This document shows, in pieces, positions 1 to 8,887 of a DNA stretch of 64,000 bases; the first letter of the stretch is position 1, and each line of letters opens with the position of its first letter. Both the position numbers and the translations under genes were made by a program. The notes under the pieces were generated by a model. The model did not search any database. It was not told the DNA's origin and saw only the letters and a program-made list of their open reading frames with translations. The DNA is from Oscillibacter sp. (lineage in GTDB: Bacteria > Bacillota > Clostridia > Oscillospirales > Oscillospiraceae), in contig JAAVHF010000050.1 in assembly GCA_014799845.1 (NCBI GenBank), forward strand, positions 1,935 to 65,934, in the 5' to 3' direction.

Positions 1-1
1 T

Positions 2-1780
2 ATGATACGAAATTACTTTGAGCCGGAGCTGGACGGGGAATACAGCGATTTCCTCGGGGTGCGGCTTGCGCGGATTTCCATTGGGGCGCGCTATGTGGGG
101 GCAATCCATGAGCTGTGGAACTGCCCCGGTGATGTCTACGGGTTGGAGCGAACCATCCTGCACCACGACGGGTATGTGGCTGCAATCAAGTCGCAGCGGA
201 AAAAAATAGACCGAAATATGAAACCGCTGCGGGAGAAGCTGATGCAATATCCCGAAGACATGAAAACTCTCCTGCAATGCATTGAAAGCGCACAGGGCGA
301 TTCCTCCTATGAGGGGTATATCCGGCAGGCGGCGGCAGTTGTAGAGAAGAAGCCTCCTCAATGGGAGTATTATGGACCGCCGATTCTGCGGTATGCCGTT
401 CTTCATGCCGCAGGATACCATTTGCCTGAGTTGGAGCAGTGGAGCTCCGAAATGCTGGAGTGGTTCCCGGATTCCATCTATACCAGTATCGACGCAGCAT
501 ACGCGCTTTTTGCTGACCACGCGGGAAAGCAGGAGTATTCCCAGGCAATCGAGATGGGAGAACGATATCTGAGCGCCCTGTCGGATTACCAAAAAGGGCA
601 GTTTGACTACAAATCTCTGATTTTCAGTTCCCTGGCCATGTCCACTCAATCCCGGGAGAACGCTGCCCGGGCCATCTTGGCGGACGCCTACTTCCATGAG
701 GGCCAGCCCGACAAAGCCCGGGAGATGCTGCTGACAATTGACCGCGCCAGGATTCGTCCCGAGGCGGTGCAAAACTATATTGGGATCATGATGAACATCC
801 ATGCCAAGGGCGAAGTGGACATGTCCCCCATTTTGGCGGATTTCTGGGAGAAGACCGAGCGGCCGGAGCTGCAAAAAAAGCAGGGCGAGGCACGCCGGAA
901 GGCTGTGGTGGCTGCTGCCGCGGCTGCCTTTACCCAGGATTACCGCAAGGCGGAGGATGAGAGCGGCTCCCGCCATGCCTACACGCTGTTCCTGCCCCTG
1001 GCAGAGAAGAGCGGTTTGGGTACCGCCGCCGCGATCCTGGAGACCGGCGACCGGCAGGAGATGGAGCGGCTGCTGCGGACCGTGGACGACTGGACGGAGC
1101 TGCCTGTTGCCGCGCTGGAGCGGGCCCTGTTGGCCGGAGTGGTTTTCCCCTTGCCGGACCGGCCGTTGACGCTGGAAGAAATGGATAACCTGGCGGCACG
1201 GCTGGCGCAGAACGGGAGCTATCTGCCGGAATTTCTGGACAAGGCTGTCCAGACACTGGACGAGGAGCCTCAATCCCTGGCCTGGGCCAGGGGGCTGGCG
1301 CTGGCCGCCCTGCGCAGCGAAGACTGGGAAGCGGACGGGGACGGCATGACGGCCATCAGGACATTTGCCATAATAGAGCGTGCGTTCCTGTCCCGGTATT
1401 ACGCCCCGGCAATGCTCTGCGGAGAGAATATCTGCCTGCTGCCGCCAATGCACCGTTTCGGCTGGTACTGCGCACGGGCGTTTGATACTTTGGATGCGGG
1501 AGACACGGCGGGCTACGTGCGCCTGCTGCGGGAGGGGCTGGCCCAATGCGAAAATATGAAGCCCGTAGTAGAATTTTTGCTGAAACAGCTGGAGGAGAGC
1601 CACAAGGTCCAGGCCACGCCGGAGCTGCTGCGTCTGGCGGAACAGGTGCGGGCCCTGCTGGCTATGTATCCGGCCGATGACCCGGCGGTAAAGGCGTTGA
1701 AACAGAGCGACGCCTATCAAAAGGTGGCGCATTTGATTGAAGGCCCGGATCTGGGCGTATTGGGAGGTCTGCCGCAATGA
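2..1780 (+). CDS. C-terminal part of a glycosyltransferase (GT2-like) fused to a long TPR-like helical-repeat region; the 5' end is outside the window
   Basis: The frame is open from the window edge. The first residues (VRLARISIGARYVGAIHELW) resemble the end of a GT2 catalytic domain as seen in TPR-containing glycosyltransferases. The remainder is Ala/Leu-rich helical repeats. The stop overlaps the next start (ATGA at 1777-1780). Confidence 0.55.
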   Translation: MIRNYFEPELDGEYSDFLGVRLARISIGARYVGAIHELWNCPGDVYGLERTILHHDGYVAAIKSQRKKIDRNMKPLREKLMQYPEDMKTLLQCIESAQGDSSYEGYIRQAAAVVEKKPPQWEYYGPPILRYAVLHAAGYHLPELEQWSSEMLEWFPDSIYTSIDAAYALFADHAGKQEYSQAIEMGERYLSALSDYQKGQFDYKSLIFSSLAMSTQSRENAARAILADAYFHEGQPDKAREMLLTIDRARIRPEAVQNYIGIMMNIHAKGEVDMSPILADFWEKTERPELQKKQGEARRKAVVAAAAAAFTQDYRKAEDESGSRHAYTLFLPLAEKSGLGTAAAILETGDRQEMERLLRTVDDWTELPVAALERALLAGVVFPLPDRPLTLEEMDNLAARLAQNGSYLPEFLDKAVQTLDEEPQSLAWARGLALAALRSEDWEADGDGMTAIRTFAIIERAFLSRYYAPAMLCGENICLLPPMHRFGWYCARAFDTLDAGDTAGYVRLLREGLAQCENMKPVVEFLLKQLEESHKVQATPELLRLAEQVRALLAMYPADDPAVKALKQSDAYQKVAHLIEGPDLGVLGGLPQ

Positions 1781-2568
1781 AAGTTGTTATCCTGGCCGGC
1801 GGTCTGGGCACTCGCATCAGCGAAGAGAGCCATTTGAAACCAAAACCCATGATTACGATTGGCGACCAACCGATTTTGTGGCACATCATGAAATATTATT
1901 CCAGCTTCGGATTTCATGATTTTATCATCTGCTGCGGTTACAAGGGGCACGTCATCAAGGAATATTTTGCGGATTATTACCTGTACCGGTCCGATGTAAC
2001 CTTTGATTTTTCCGCGGATAACCGCATGACGGTCCATCAGAATGTCGCGGAACCCTGGCGGGTGACTCTGGTAGATACCGGCCTGAATACACAAACCGGA
2101 GCGCGGGTAAAACGTGTTCAGAAGTACATCGGACAGGAAGCCTTTATGCTCACATATGGCGACGGTGTAAGCGATGTAGATTTGAATGCTTTGCTGGAGC
2201 AGCACAGGAAATCCGGCAAGACGGTTACCCTCACGGGCATCCAGCCCGGCGGACGTTTTGGCGTACTGGATCTGGAAGGCCAGACCGTCACCGGGTTCCG
2301 TGAGAAGGCAAAAGAAGACGGTGGCTGGATCAACGGCGGTTTTATGGTGATGGAACCCGGCGTGTTTGACTACCTCAGCACGGAAGAAAGCTGCGTGATG
2401 GAGCAAGAGCCGATGAAAGCGCTGGCACATAACGGGGAGCTGGGCATCTACAAGCACACCGGTTTCTGGCAGTGCATGGATACCCAGCGGGACCGCAGCC
2501 AGCTGGAAGCAATATGGAACAGGGGCCGCGCACCGTGGGCGCCCTGGCTGGAGGGAGGAGCAGAATGA
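1777..2568 (+). CDS. rfbF: glucose-1-phosphate cytidylyltransferase (CDP-glucose synthase)
   Basis: It aligns end to end by eye with Salmonella RfbF: MKVVILAGGLGTRISEE..KPKPM..PILWHIMK.Y...G..DFIICCGYKG..IKEYF, GGFMV, GFWQCMDT.RD. The length of 263 aa is typical. Confidence 0.9.
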   Translation: MKVVILAGGLGTRISEESHLKPKPMITIGDQPILWHIMKYYSSFGFHDFIICCGYKGHVIKEYFADYYLYRSDVTFDFSADNRMTVHQNVAEPWRVTLVDTGLNTQTGARVKRVQKYIGQEAFMLTYGDGVSDVDLNALLEQHRKSGKTVTLTGIQPGGRFGVLDLEGQTVTGFREKAKEDGGWINGGFMVMEPGVFDYLSTEESCVMEQEPMKALAHNGELGIYKHTGFWQCMDTQRDRSQLEAIWNRGRAPWAPWLEGGAE

Positions 2569-3677
2569 ACACATTTCAGCTTTTGCGGGCAAAGACCCTG
2601 GATTTACGTCTGACGCGTCCCTTAACGCCTGAAAGGCAGCAGAACAGTACGGAAAACCAGGAAGAGGCTCTGGCAGGGAAGCAGATTTTAAGTACTATGC
2701 CCCGCCGTTTTGTCTTTGAATTGACCAACGCCTGCAATTTGAGATGCAAAATGTGCGGCCGCAATTCTGCGGATTTTCAGCCCACCTGGTTTCAGATGGA
2801 CTGGCTGAAATATTTCGAGCCCGCGGCACACCTTGTAGAAGAGGTAACCCTGATGGGATGGGGAGAACCCACCGTTCATCCCCATTTCGCGGAATTTCTG
2901 AGCTGGGCTTACCGCCTGGGACTGCGGAAATATTTCTGTACCAACGGAATGCGGCTGGACAAGCTCTTCGATGATATTTTCAGCACAGAGACCGACATTA
3001 TTGCGGTGAGTATGGATGGCGCCTGTGCCGAGACGAACGAGGAGATTCGCCGTGGAGCGGATTTCCACAAAATCCTTCAGAATATCTCCGCTATTACCGA
3101 GTACAAAGCCACACACGGTTCGCAGTTCCCGTACATGAACTTTGTCTTTACCGCCATGGAGCAAAATCTGGGTGAGCTTCCTGAGCTGGTGCGTCTGGCG
3201 GGAGAGATTGGGCTGGATGAAGTAAAGGTCGTTTATCTCACCGCTTTTGACGAGGCGATGGCCGCTGACGTTCTTTATGATAAGATGGCCCGGACGCGGG
3301 ATGTATTTCAGGCCGCGATCGAAGTTGGTAAAGCGCAAAATGTGTCTTTGAAGCTTCCCCACCTGGTAGGGGAAGACCCTGCCGGCACACAGTGCCACAA
3401 AGACTGCTATACCGCATGGAGAGACTTTTTCATTGGGTCTGACGGATATGTCCGGCCATGTATGTCCACGGCGGAAAAGCTGTTCCCAATCAGCAAATAC
3501 GACACTTTTGCCGAAATGTGGAACGCGGCGGAATATCAGCAGCACCGGAGCGCAGTCAACGCAGATAAAATGGCGCTGGCCTGCCGGAATTGCTATCAGT
3601 CTTCTTACGCAAACTGGAACAAAAGGGAGTCCTTTTTGCAGATCGGAAAACAGTTCTCACCTGAGTGGAAAAAGTAA
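2565..3677 (+). CDS. radical SAM enzyme with a C-terminal SPASM/twitch-like Cys cluster; function unknown
   Basis: It has the CxxxCxxC motif (NACNLRCKMCG) and GWGEP. C-terminal cysteines are CHKDC...GSDGYVRPC...CRNCY. The chosen start is ATG 2565 (MNTFQ), which overlaps the rfbF stop as ATGA. The longer track ORF from 2472 lies inside rfbF. Confidence 0.8.
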   Translation: MNTFQLLRAKTLDLRLTRPLTPERQQNSTENQEEALAGKQILSTMPRRFVFELTNACNLRCKMCGRNSADFQPTWFQMDWLKYFEPAAHLVEEVTLMGWGEPTVHPHFAEFLSWAYRLGLRKYFCTNGMRLDKLFDDIFSTETDIIAVSMDGACAETNEEIRRGADFHKILQNISAITEYKATHGSQFPYMNFVFTAMEQNLGELPELVRLAGEIGLDEVKVVYLTAFDEAMAADVLYDKMARTRDVFQAAIEVGKAQNVSLKLPHLVGEDPAGTQCHKDCYTAWRDFFIGSDGYVRPCMSTAEKLFPISKYDTFAEMWNAAEYQQHRSAVNADKMALACRNCYQSSYANWNKRESFLQIGKQFSPEWKK

Positions 3678-3713
3678 ATACTATATCAATGCACACAAAG
3701 AGGACCTTGGCTT

Positions 3714-4745
3714 ATGATTTATCAGCTTGCTATCAATCCGCCTGAAAAGCTTCAAAACTATGCGGTATTGTACATTCAGATGGATAACGGCCCGCTGGAC
3801 GGATTCCCGGTTTTGTCCATTGATCAGAACAGCTACATTGTACACGCAGACATACAAAGCGGGATCGATATTCGTTACGCTCAAGGCTGTCATTGCATTG
3901 CTATCGGCAAAGGCTGCTCGCTGGCGGATGATATTACGTTCATTATCGATATTAATCATGACTACAAATCTGTTGTACAGGGTACGCCTGCATTCTTGGA
4001 TACTGTGGAACGCATTGAAAAAATTTCCCGAAAAGGCACCGTCATCATCCAGAACGATGTTTGGGTCGGTCATGGGGCGACAATCATGGCGGGCGTCACA
4101 TTGCATAACGGATGTGTTGTCGCAGCACAGGCAGTGGTCACAAAAGATGTTCCTCCTTATGCCATCGTAGGCGGAAATCCTGCAAAAATTCTGCGTTATC
4201 GCTTTGACCAGGAAGTTATTGCCGGGCTGCAGAAAATTGCATGGTGGGATTGGCCGGAACACCTGCAAAGAAAATACCGAATGGATTTTGTATTACCGGC
4301 AGAAGAATTTGTAAAGAAACATCTTCCACATGAAGATGAAATTTCTGATGTCAAATCTTCCGGCCTGTTTACGGATGAAGAAAAGAATATTGTGTTTTTT
4401 CCGGCAGATGTCGGAGATCCCTTTCCGCTGTATCCGAAAATTTTAACGGCATATTTTAAGAAAGACCGGCCAGGCACAGAGCTGATCATCTATTTGCCGG
4501 AAGATCTTTCCAGTCAGAGGAATATTGAAGCAATTGAAAGAATTCTGGAAAAATATGAATCACGGGACAGTTATGTTACATTTCAGGCCGGTATTACGAT
4601 GGACGAAGAGATGCTTTTCCGCGAGGCAGATTTCTATGTTACTACACGCAGCCAAAACACCGTTCATCGCACCTGCCTTGCTGACCGCTATGGAGTAAAA
4701 ATCCTTTATGGAACGGACTCTGGTGTATTTCCGGATGAACTATGA
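3714..4745 (+). CDS. hexapeptide-repeat (left-handed beta-helix) acyltransferase of the xenobiotic-acetyltransferase (Vat/CatB-like) class, with a C-terminal extension of about 150 aa of unknown function
   Basis: Motifs: DINHDYKSV and IIQNDVWVGHGATIMAGVTLHNGCVVAAQAVVTKDVPPYAIVGGNPAKILRYRF..WWDWP. It is a paralog of 11833-12903 over both the LbH domain and the extension. Confidence 0.7.
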   Translation: MIYQLAINPPEKLQNYAVLYIQMDNGPLDGFPVLSIDQNSYIVHADIQSGIDIRYAQGCHCIAIGKGCSLADDITFIIDINHDYKSVVQGTPAFLDTVERIEKISRKGTVIIQNDVWVGHGATIMAGVTLHNGCVVAAQAVVTKDVPPYAIVGGNPAKILRYRFDQEVIAGLQKIAWWDWPEHLQRKYRMDFVLPAEEFVKKHLPHEDEISDVKSSGLFTDEEKNIVFFPADVGDPFPLYPKILTAYFKKDRPGTELIIYLPEDLSSQRNIEAIERILEKYESRDSYVTFQAGITMDEEMLFREADFYVTTRSQNTVHRTCLADRYGVKILYGTDSGVFPDEL

Positions 4746-4794
4746 CAGGAAATGTCTGATTAGCATACAAACCAAATGGACAGGGGACTAATCT

Positions 4795-6648
4795 ATGAAC
4801 CAGACGCATATGGAACTTATTTCACGCATATTTGAGCTGTTTGATACCGGCGAAGAAGCAATTCAGTTTTTGGATGCACAGGGGCTGGACGGAGGGCAGT
4901 TCCTTCTGCCCGATCTGGAAGCGTTATGTACGTCGATCGCCTCCGCTATTGAGAAGCTCGCTCCGCAAATAAGCCTGAAGAACAAACTGCATGAGATCGG
5001 CCTGAACGCGCCGCCGACTGTTGCCCGGATCTGCCAGGCTTTGGGCGCCCGGGAGACCGGGTCTGCTGAGATGCACTACAGATGCTCCTTTGTTCCGCTG
5101 TTCCGGTTTTGGCGGCGGTATGCGGAGTTTTTCCTGGTTCATGCGGTTGACGAAACATCTCTGCGCAGCTGGTACAGAGAAGAATTTGAGCTATTCCGGC
5201 AAATCCGCGAAACTCCTAAGCAGGATGAAGACAGAGAATATCGGTACGATTTCTCTATTGTCGTGCTGTTTTATGGCAATCAGAAAATGACAAAGGACTG
5301 TCTTGACGCGATTGAAACCTATACGCGGGGGCATAGCTACGAACTGATTACCTTTGACAATGGGAGTGATCCGGAAACTACCGCGTGGTGTGAATCGCTG
5401 CCTCATGTGAAGAAAATATATTATCCGCACAACATGGGGTCTTCTGCTGCGGGAAACATGATTTTCACGATGGCCTCCAGCTACATGGAAGGAAAATATC
5501 TGCTCTATGTCAGCAATGATGTGATTGTTACGCCGAGATACGCGGATATCCTTTACCGGTGCATGGAGAGCGACGCGCGGATCGCCGTGGCAGTACCTCT
5601 CTGCAACTCGGCCAGCAATCTGCAGGCAATTCCTGTTCCGTACGCCCCCAATGATATGGAGGCGATGCAGGAATTTGCTGAAAATTTTAATCAGTGCAAT
5701 CCTCAGAAATGGGCTGACCGGGCTCGTTTGTTCTCCATTCTGGCGAGTATGCGGCCGCAGGCGCTGGAGCAGATGCAGCTTGCCATTGACCCCTTTTTCT
5801 GTTACGACATGTTCGCTGACGATGATTTCTGCTGCGCATTGCGCCGGATGGGATATCGTCAGGTTCTATGCACCGACGCGTTTGTCCATCATTACGGCTC
5901 TGCCACCATTAAAGAGAGCCAGTTCCAGGTTATGCATTTGGGACGGGAGCAGTTCTATCAGAAATATGGTGTAGACGCATGGAATTCCCTGGGGACCGAG
6001 CTGTGTGCCGCAATCAATACCATTTCGTTTCATCAGCCGGGTCTTCTCCGCATTCTTGCTATCAATCCTTTGTTCGGGGAAAGCGTACTGGCCCTGTGTA
6101 ACCGGCTGCGTGAATGCGGATGTGACAGTATAGCAGTCGATGCGCTGACAGAAGATAACCGCTATCTGGATGATATGGAGGCGCTTTTTCAGCGGAGCGG
6201 ACTGCTGCAGGACGAAAATCAGGCGGCAGAAGGCCGGTATGATATTATTCTTGTAGGAACCGATCTGGATCGCTGCCGCGATTTGCGGGCAGTCATTCAT
6301 GCTGCGGCCAAATATTTGAGGTATGGCGGCATATTCATCACACAGCACAAGAATCATACTAATTTTCTGACCTTATATAACTTTTTGCAGGGCAATGCGA
6401 TGGAAAACGATATTTTTGCCCATGATTCACAGGAGAATCCCGGGATTGTCTCAATTCCTGACGGTGCGCTGGAATTGCTTATGAGCCAGTCCGGACTGAA
6501 GCCGAAACAGGCCATCCGGGTGACCAACAGCTCATGGAAACCCAACATAGAGCAAATCCTCAATGTGTTCAATATTGAAAACCGCGAGAAGGCTGAGCAG
6601 CTTCTGCTGACCTCGGATACATTCTGTATTTGGGAGAAAGGCCGCTGA
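4795..6648 (+). CDS. multidomain glycosyltransferase family 2 protein: unknown N-terminal region of about 150 aa, a GT2 core, and a C-terminal Rossmann/methyltransferase-like region
   Basis: The GT2 signature is FSIVVLFYGNQKMTKDCLDAIETYT..YELITFDNGSDPET. The C-terminal part (RILAINP..., YDIILVGTDLD, YLRYGGIFI) resembles a class I SAM-methyltransferase fold. Confidence 0.7.
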   Translation: MNQTHMELISRIFELFDTGEEAIQFLDAQGLDGGQFLLPDLEALCTSIASAIEKLAPQISLKNKLHEIGLNAPPTVARICQALGARETGSAEMHYRCSFVPLFRFWRRYAEFFLVHAVDETSLRSWYREEFELFRQIRETPKQDEDREYRYDFSIVVLFYGNQKMTKDCLDAIETYTRGHSYELITFDNGSDPETTAWCESLPHVKKIYYPHNMGSSAAGNMIFTMASSYMEGKYLLYVSNDVIVTPRYADILYRCMESDARIAVAVPLCNSASNLQAIPVPYAPNDMEAMQEFAENFNQCNPQKWADRARLFSILASMRPQALEQMQLAIDPFFCYDMFADDDFCCALRRMGYRQVLCTDAFVHHYGSATIKESQFQVMHLGREQFYQKYGVDAWNSLGTELCAAINTISFHQPGLLRILAINPLFGESVLALCNRLRECGCDSIAVDALTEDNRYLDDMEALFQRSGLLQDENQAAEGRYDIILVGTDLDRCRDLRAVIHAAAKYLRYGGIFITQHKNHTNFLTLYNFLQGNAMENDIFAHDSQENPGIVSIPDGALELLMSQSGLKPKQAIRVTNSSWKPNIEQILNVFNIENREKAEQLLLTSDTFCIWEKGR

Positions 6649-6671
6649 AGAAATGGAGGTATCCAGCTGTG

Positions 6672-7730
6672 ATGGTGGATTTGGCTTTCTATCGGGGAAA
6701 ACGGGTCCTGGTAACCGGCCATACAGGATTCAAGGGGACATGGCTGTGCTGGATGCTGTCCTCACTGGGGGCAGAGGTGTTCGGATACGCGCTTCCGCCA
6801 CAGGCGGATTGTCTGTATCAAAAGGGGAAACCTCCTGTGTCCGCGGAAGTCATGGCAGACGTCCGGAACAGCGCGGAATTGGAACGGGCGGTTACCCGGT
6901 TTGAGCCGGAGCTGGTGTTTCATCTGGCGGCTCATTCTTATATAGATGGCTCCTATGATTTCCCGAAAGACATTTTCGATATCAATCTGATGGGTACGGT
7001 AAACTTACTGGAGGCCATCAGAAAGGCTGACAGAAGAATACCGGCAGTAGTCGTTACCAGCGATAAGTGCTACACGCAGAAGCTGGCGGGGAAACCTTGT
7101 CAGGAGGCCGATCCGTTTGGAGCGGCGGAAGCGTATTCCACCAGCAAGGCCTGTCAGGATCTGGCGGCACAGTGCTATCAGCTTTCGTTTCCCGGTATGG
7201 CCGTTGCTGCCGCGCGTGCCAGCAACACGATCGGCGGAGGAGATTTCAATAGGTCCCGGCTGATCCCGTATCTCCTGGATTGTTTTATTCAGGGAGAGCC
7301 TGCAAATCTCCGTAATCCTCACCATGTCCGGCCGTGGCAATACGTTCTTGACGTTCTGTGGGGATACCTGCTTCTGGGGAAAGCTTTAGCGGAAAGCTCA
7401 ATAAGCGGGGAGACATCCTACAATTTCGGTCCCGCGCCGGATGGATTTCAGACCGTGGGAGAAGTGGCGGAACAGCTGGCGGAGCAGTTCCATAACGCCC
7501 AATACCGCTGGCAGAGTACCGGCCGCTCCAGTGAAACGGAAATCCTGCGGTTGGACAGCGGCAAAGCCTTCCGGGAATTGGGCTGGCATCCGCTTTACAG
7601 TCTCAGAGAAACACTGATTCAAACGGCAGATTTTCACAAAAGGATGCAGACTGGTTCCCTGGCGCAGCTATGTCAGGAGTATGTTCAGCAATACATTGAC
7701 TGTGTTCAGACAGGAAAGGGAGCGTCATGA
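6672..7730 (+). CDS. rfbG: CDP-glucose 4,6-dehydratase
   Basis: FYRGKRVLVTGHTGFKGTWL matches the N-terminus of Salmonella RfbG. Other motifs: TSDKCY, YSTSK (YxxxK), RPWQYVLD. The start is set at MVDL (ATG 6672) by alignment to RfbG; the track ORF begins at 6630. Confidence 0.9.
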   Translation: MVDLAFYRGKRVLVTGHTGFKGTWLCWMLSSLGAEVFGYALPPQADCLYQKGKPPVSAEVMADVRNSAELERAVTRFEPELVFHLAAHSYIDGSYDFPKDIFDINLMGTVNLLEAIRKADRRIPAVVVTSDKCYTQKLAGKPCQEADPFGAAEAYSTSKACQDLAAQCYQLSFPGMAVAAARASNTIGGGDFNRSRLIPYLLDCFIQGEPANLRNPHHVRPWQYVLDVLWGYLLLGKALAESSISGETSYNFGPAPDGFQTVGEVAEQLAEQFHNAQYRWQSTGRSSETEILRLDSGKAFRELGWHPLYSLRETLIQTADFHKRMQTGSLAQLCQEYVQQYIDCVQTGKGAS

Positions 7731-8887
7731 GAGCCCTGATCGTAGGCGCGGGCTGCTGCGGGGCCAGCGCCGCCCGCCGTTTGGCGGAGTATGGCTGGCA
7801 AGTGACGGTGGCAGACCGGCGGGATCATATTGGCGGAAACGCTTACGACCAGCGGGATGAGAACGGAATCCTCTATCACGTCTACGGGCCGCATGTTTTT
7901 TTCACCAATCGAAAAGAAGTCTGGAATTTCCTGTCCCCATTTTCAGAATGGGTTCCGTTTCGCTGCAGCCTGCGCGTGTGGATCGAGGGCTGCAGCTATC
8001 CCATGCCCTTTCAGCCGGAGACACTGCGGGGACTGCTCCCCGGCCATGCGGACGCGGTCCTGGCGGCAATGAAACGTCAATGGAGCGGGAGAAGCTGCGT
8101 AACGGTGCTGGAGCTGCTGACGGCCGGCGATCCCCTGCTCAGGCTGGCGGGACAGAGACTGTATGACTGTGACTGTATGCCCTACAACCAGAAGCAGTGG
8201 GGACTGCGCCCGGATGAGCTGCTGCCGGAGGTAATTGCCCGTGCGCCGGTTTATTTGGAAGATCAGCGCGATTTTCGGTCGGAGGCATATCAGTTTATGC
8301 CGGCAAATGGGTTCACTCCGGTATTTCAGGCCATGTTGAATCACCCATCCATAGAAATTCAGACTTCCGTTGACGCCTTTGACCTGCTGTCTGTCTCGGA
8401 TGGCAGGATAACATGGAAAACCTCGCGTCAATGGGATGTCGTCCTCTATACCGGACCTATAGACCGGCTGTTTGGGAATCAGGCTGGACCACTTCCCTAT
8501 CGTACTCTGCGCTTCGATATGCAGATACGGGATGTACGGGCGGGGCTGCCCTGTTTGGCAATGTACTACCCTGAAACGCAATTCCCCTGGACCAGGTGTA
8601 CAGACTATCGCTACCTGCCGGGAAATGCAGGCAGCCCGGAGAAGACCTTGGTGATCAGCGAACGCCCCGGACCCGTGATCAGCCCAAAGGATGAACTGTA
8701 CTATGTCGTGCTGACCGAACAATCAAAGGAACAATACCGGCGTTATCGCCAGATGGCAGAGCGCATACCTCATCTGTATGCGGCAGGCCGGCTGGCGGAT
8801 TTTCAATACTATAACATGGACGCAGCGGTGGAACGCGGACTGGAAGCAGCGGAAGAGATCCACCGCAGAGAGAGGGGTTGCGCATGA
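7727..8887 (+). CDS. UDP-galactopyranose mutase family flavoenzyme (nucleotide-sugar pyranose/furanose mutase); substrate uncertain
   Basis: It has the GxGxxG FAD motif (VGAGCCGASAA). HIGGNAY...YGPHVFFTN, YNQKQWG, YTGPIDRLF, YRTLRF and AGRLADFQYYNMD align with E. coli Glf. It is ATGA-coupled to rfbG. Confidence 0.8.
   Translation: MRALIVGAGCCGASAARRLAEYGWQVTVADRRDHIGGNAYDQRDENGILYHVYGPHVFFTNRKEVWNFLSPFSEWVPFRCSLRVWIEGCSYPMPFQPETLRGLLPGHADAVLAAMKRQWSGRSCVTVLELLTAGDPLLRLAGQRLYDCDCMPYNQKQWGLRPDELLPEVIARAPVYLEDQRDFRSEAYQFMPANGFTPVFQAMLNHPSIEIQTSVDAFDLLSVSDGRITWKTSRQWDVVLYTGPIDRLFGNQAGPLPYRTLRFDMQIRDVRAGLPCLAMYYPETQFPWTRCTDYRYLPGNAGSPEKTLVISERPGPVISPKDELYYVVLTEQSKEQYRRYRQMAERIPHLYAAGRLADFQYYNMDAAVERGLEAAEEIHRRERGCA

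Noticed and set aside
2565-3714. A RiPP-type cluster nucleated by the SPASM radical SAM enzyme.
   Set aside because: I looked for a short precursor-peptide ORF, a peptidase or an exporter next to it and found none. The 36-nt gap to the next gene is too small, and both neighbours are sugar enzymes.
3714-4745. Possible streptogramin A (Vat) or chloramphenicol (CatB) resistance genes; also 11833-12903.
   Set aside because: The XAT motifs are real. However, both genes are embedded and co-oriented in a sugar-tailoring operon, are duplicated, and carry an extra C-terminal domain not found in Vat/CatB. A sugar acyltransferase role is more parsimonious, though resistance has not been experimentally excluded.
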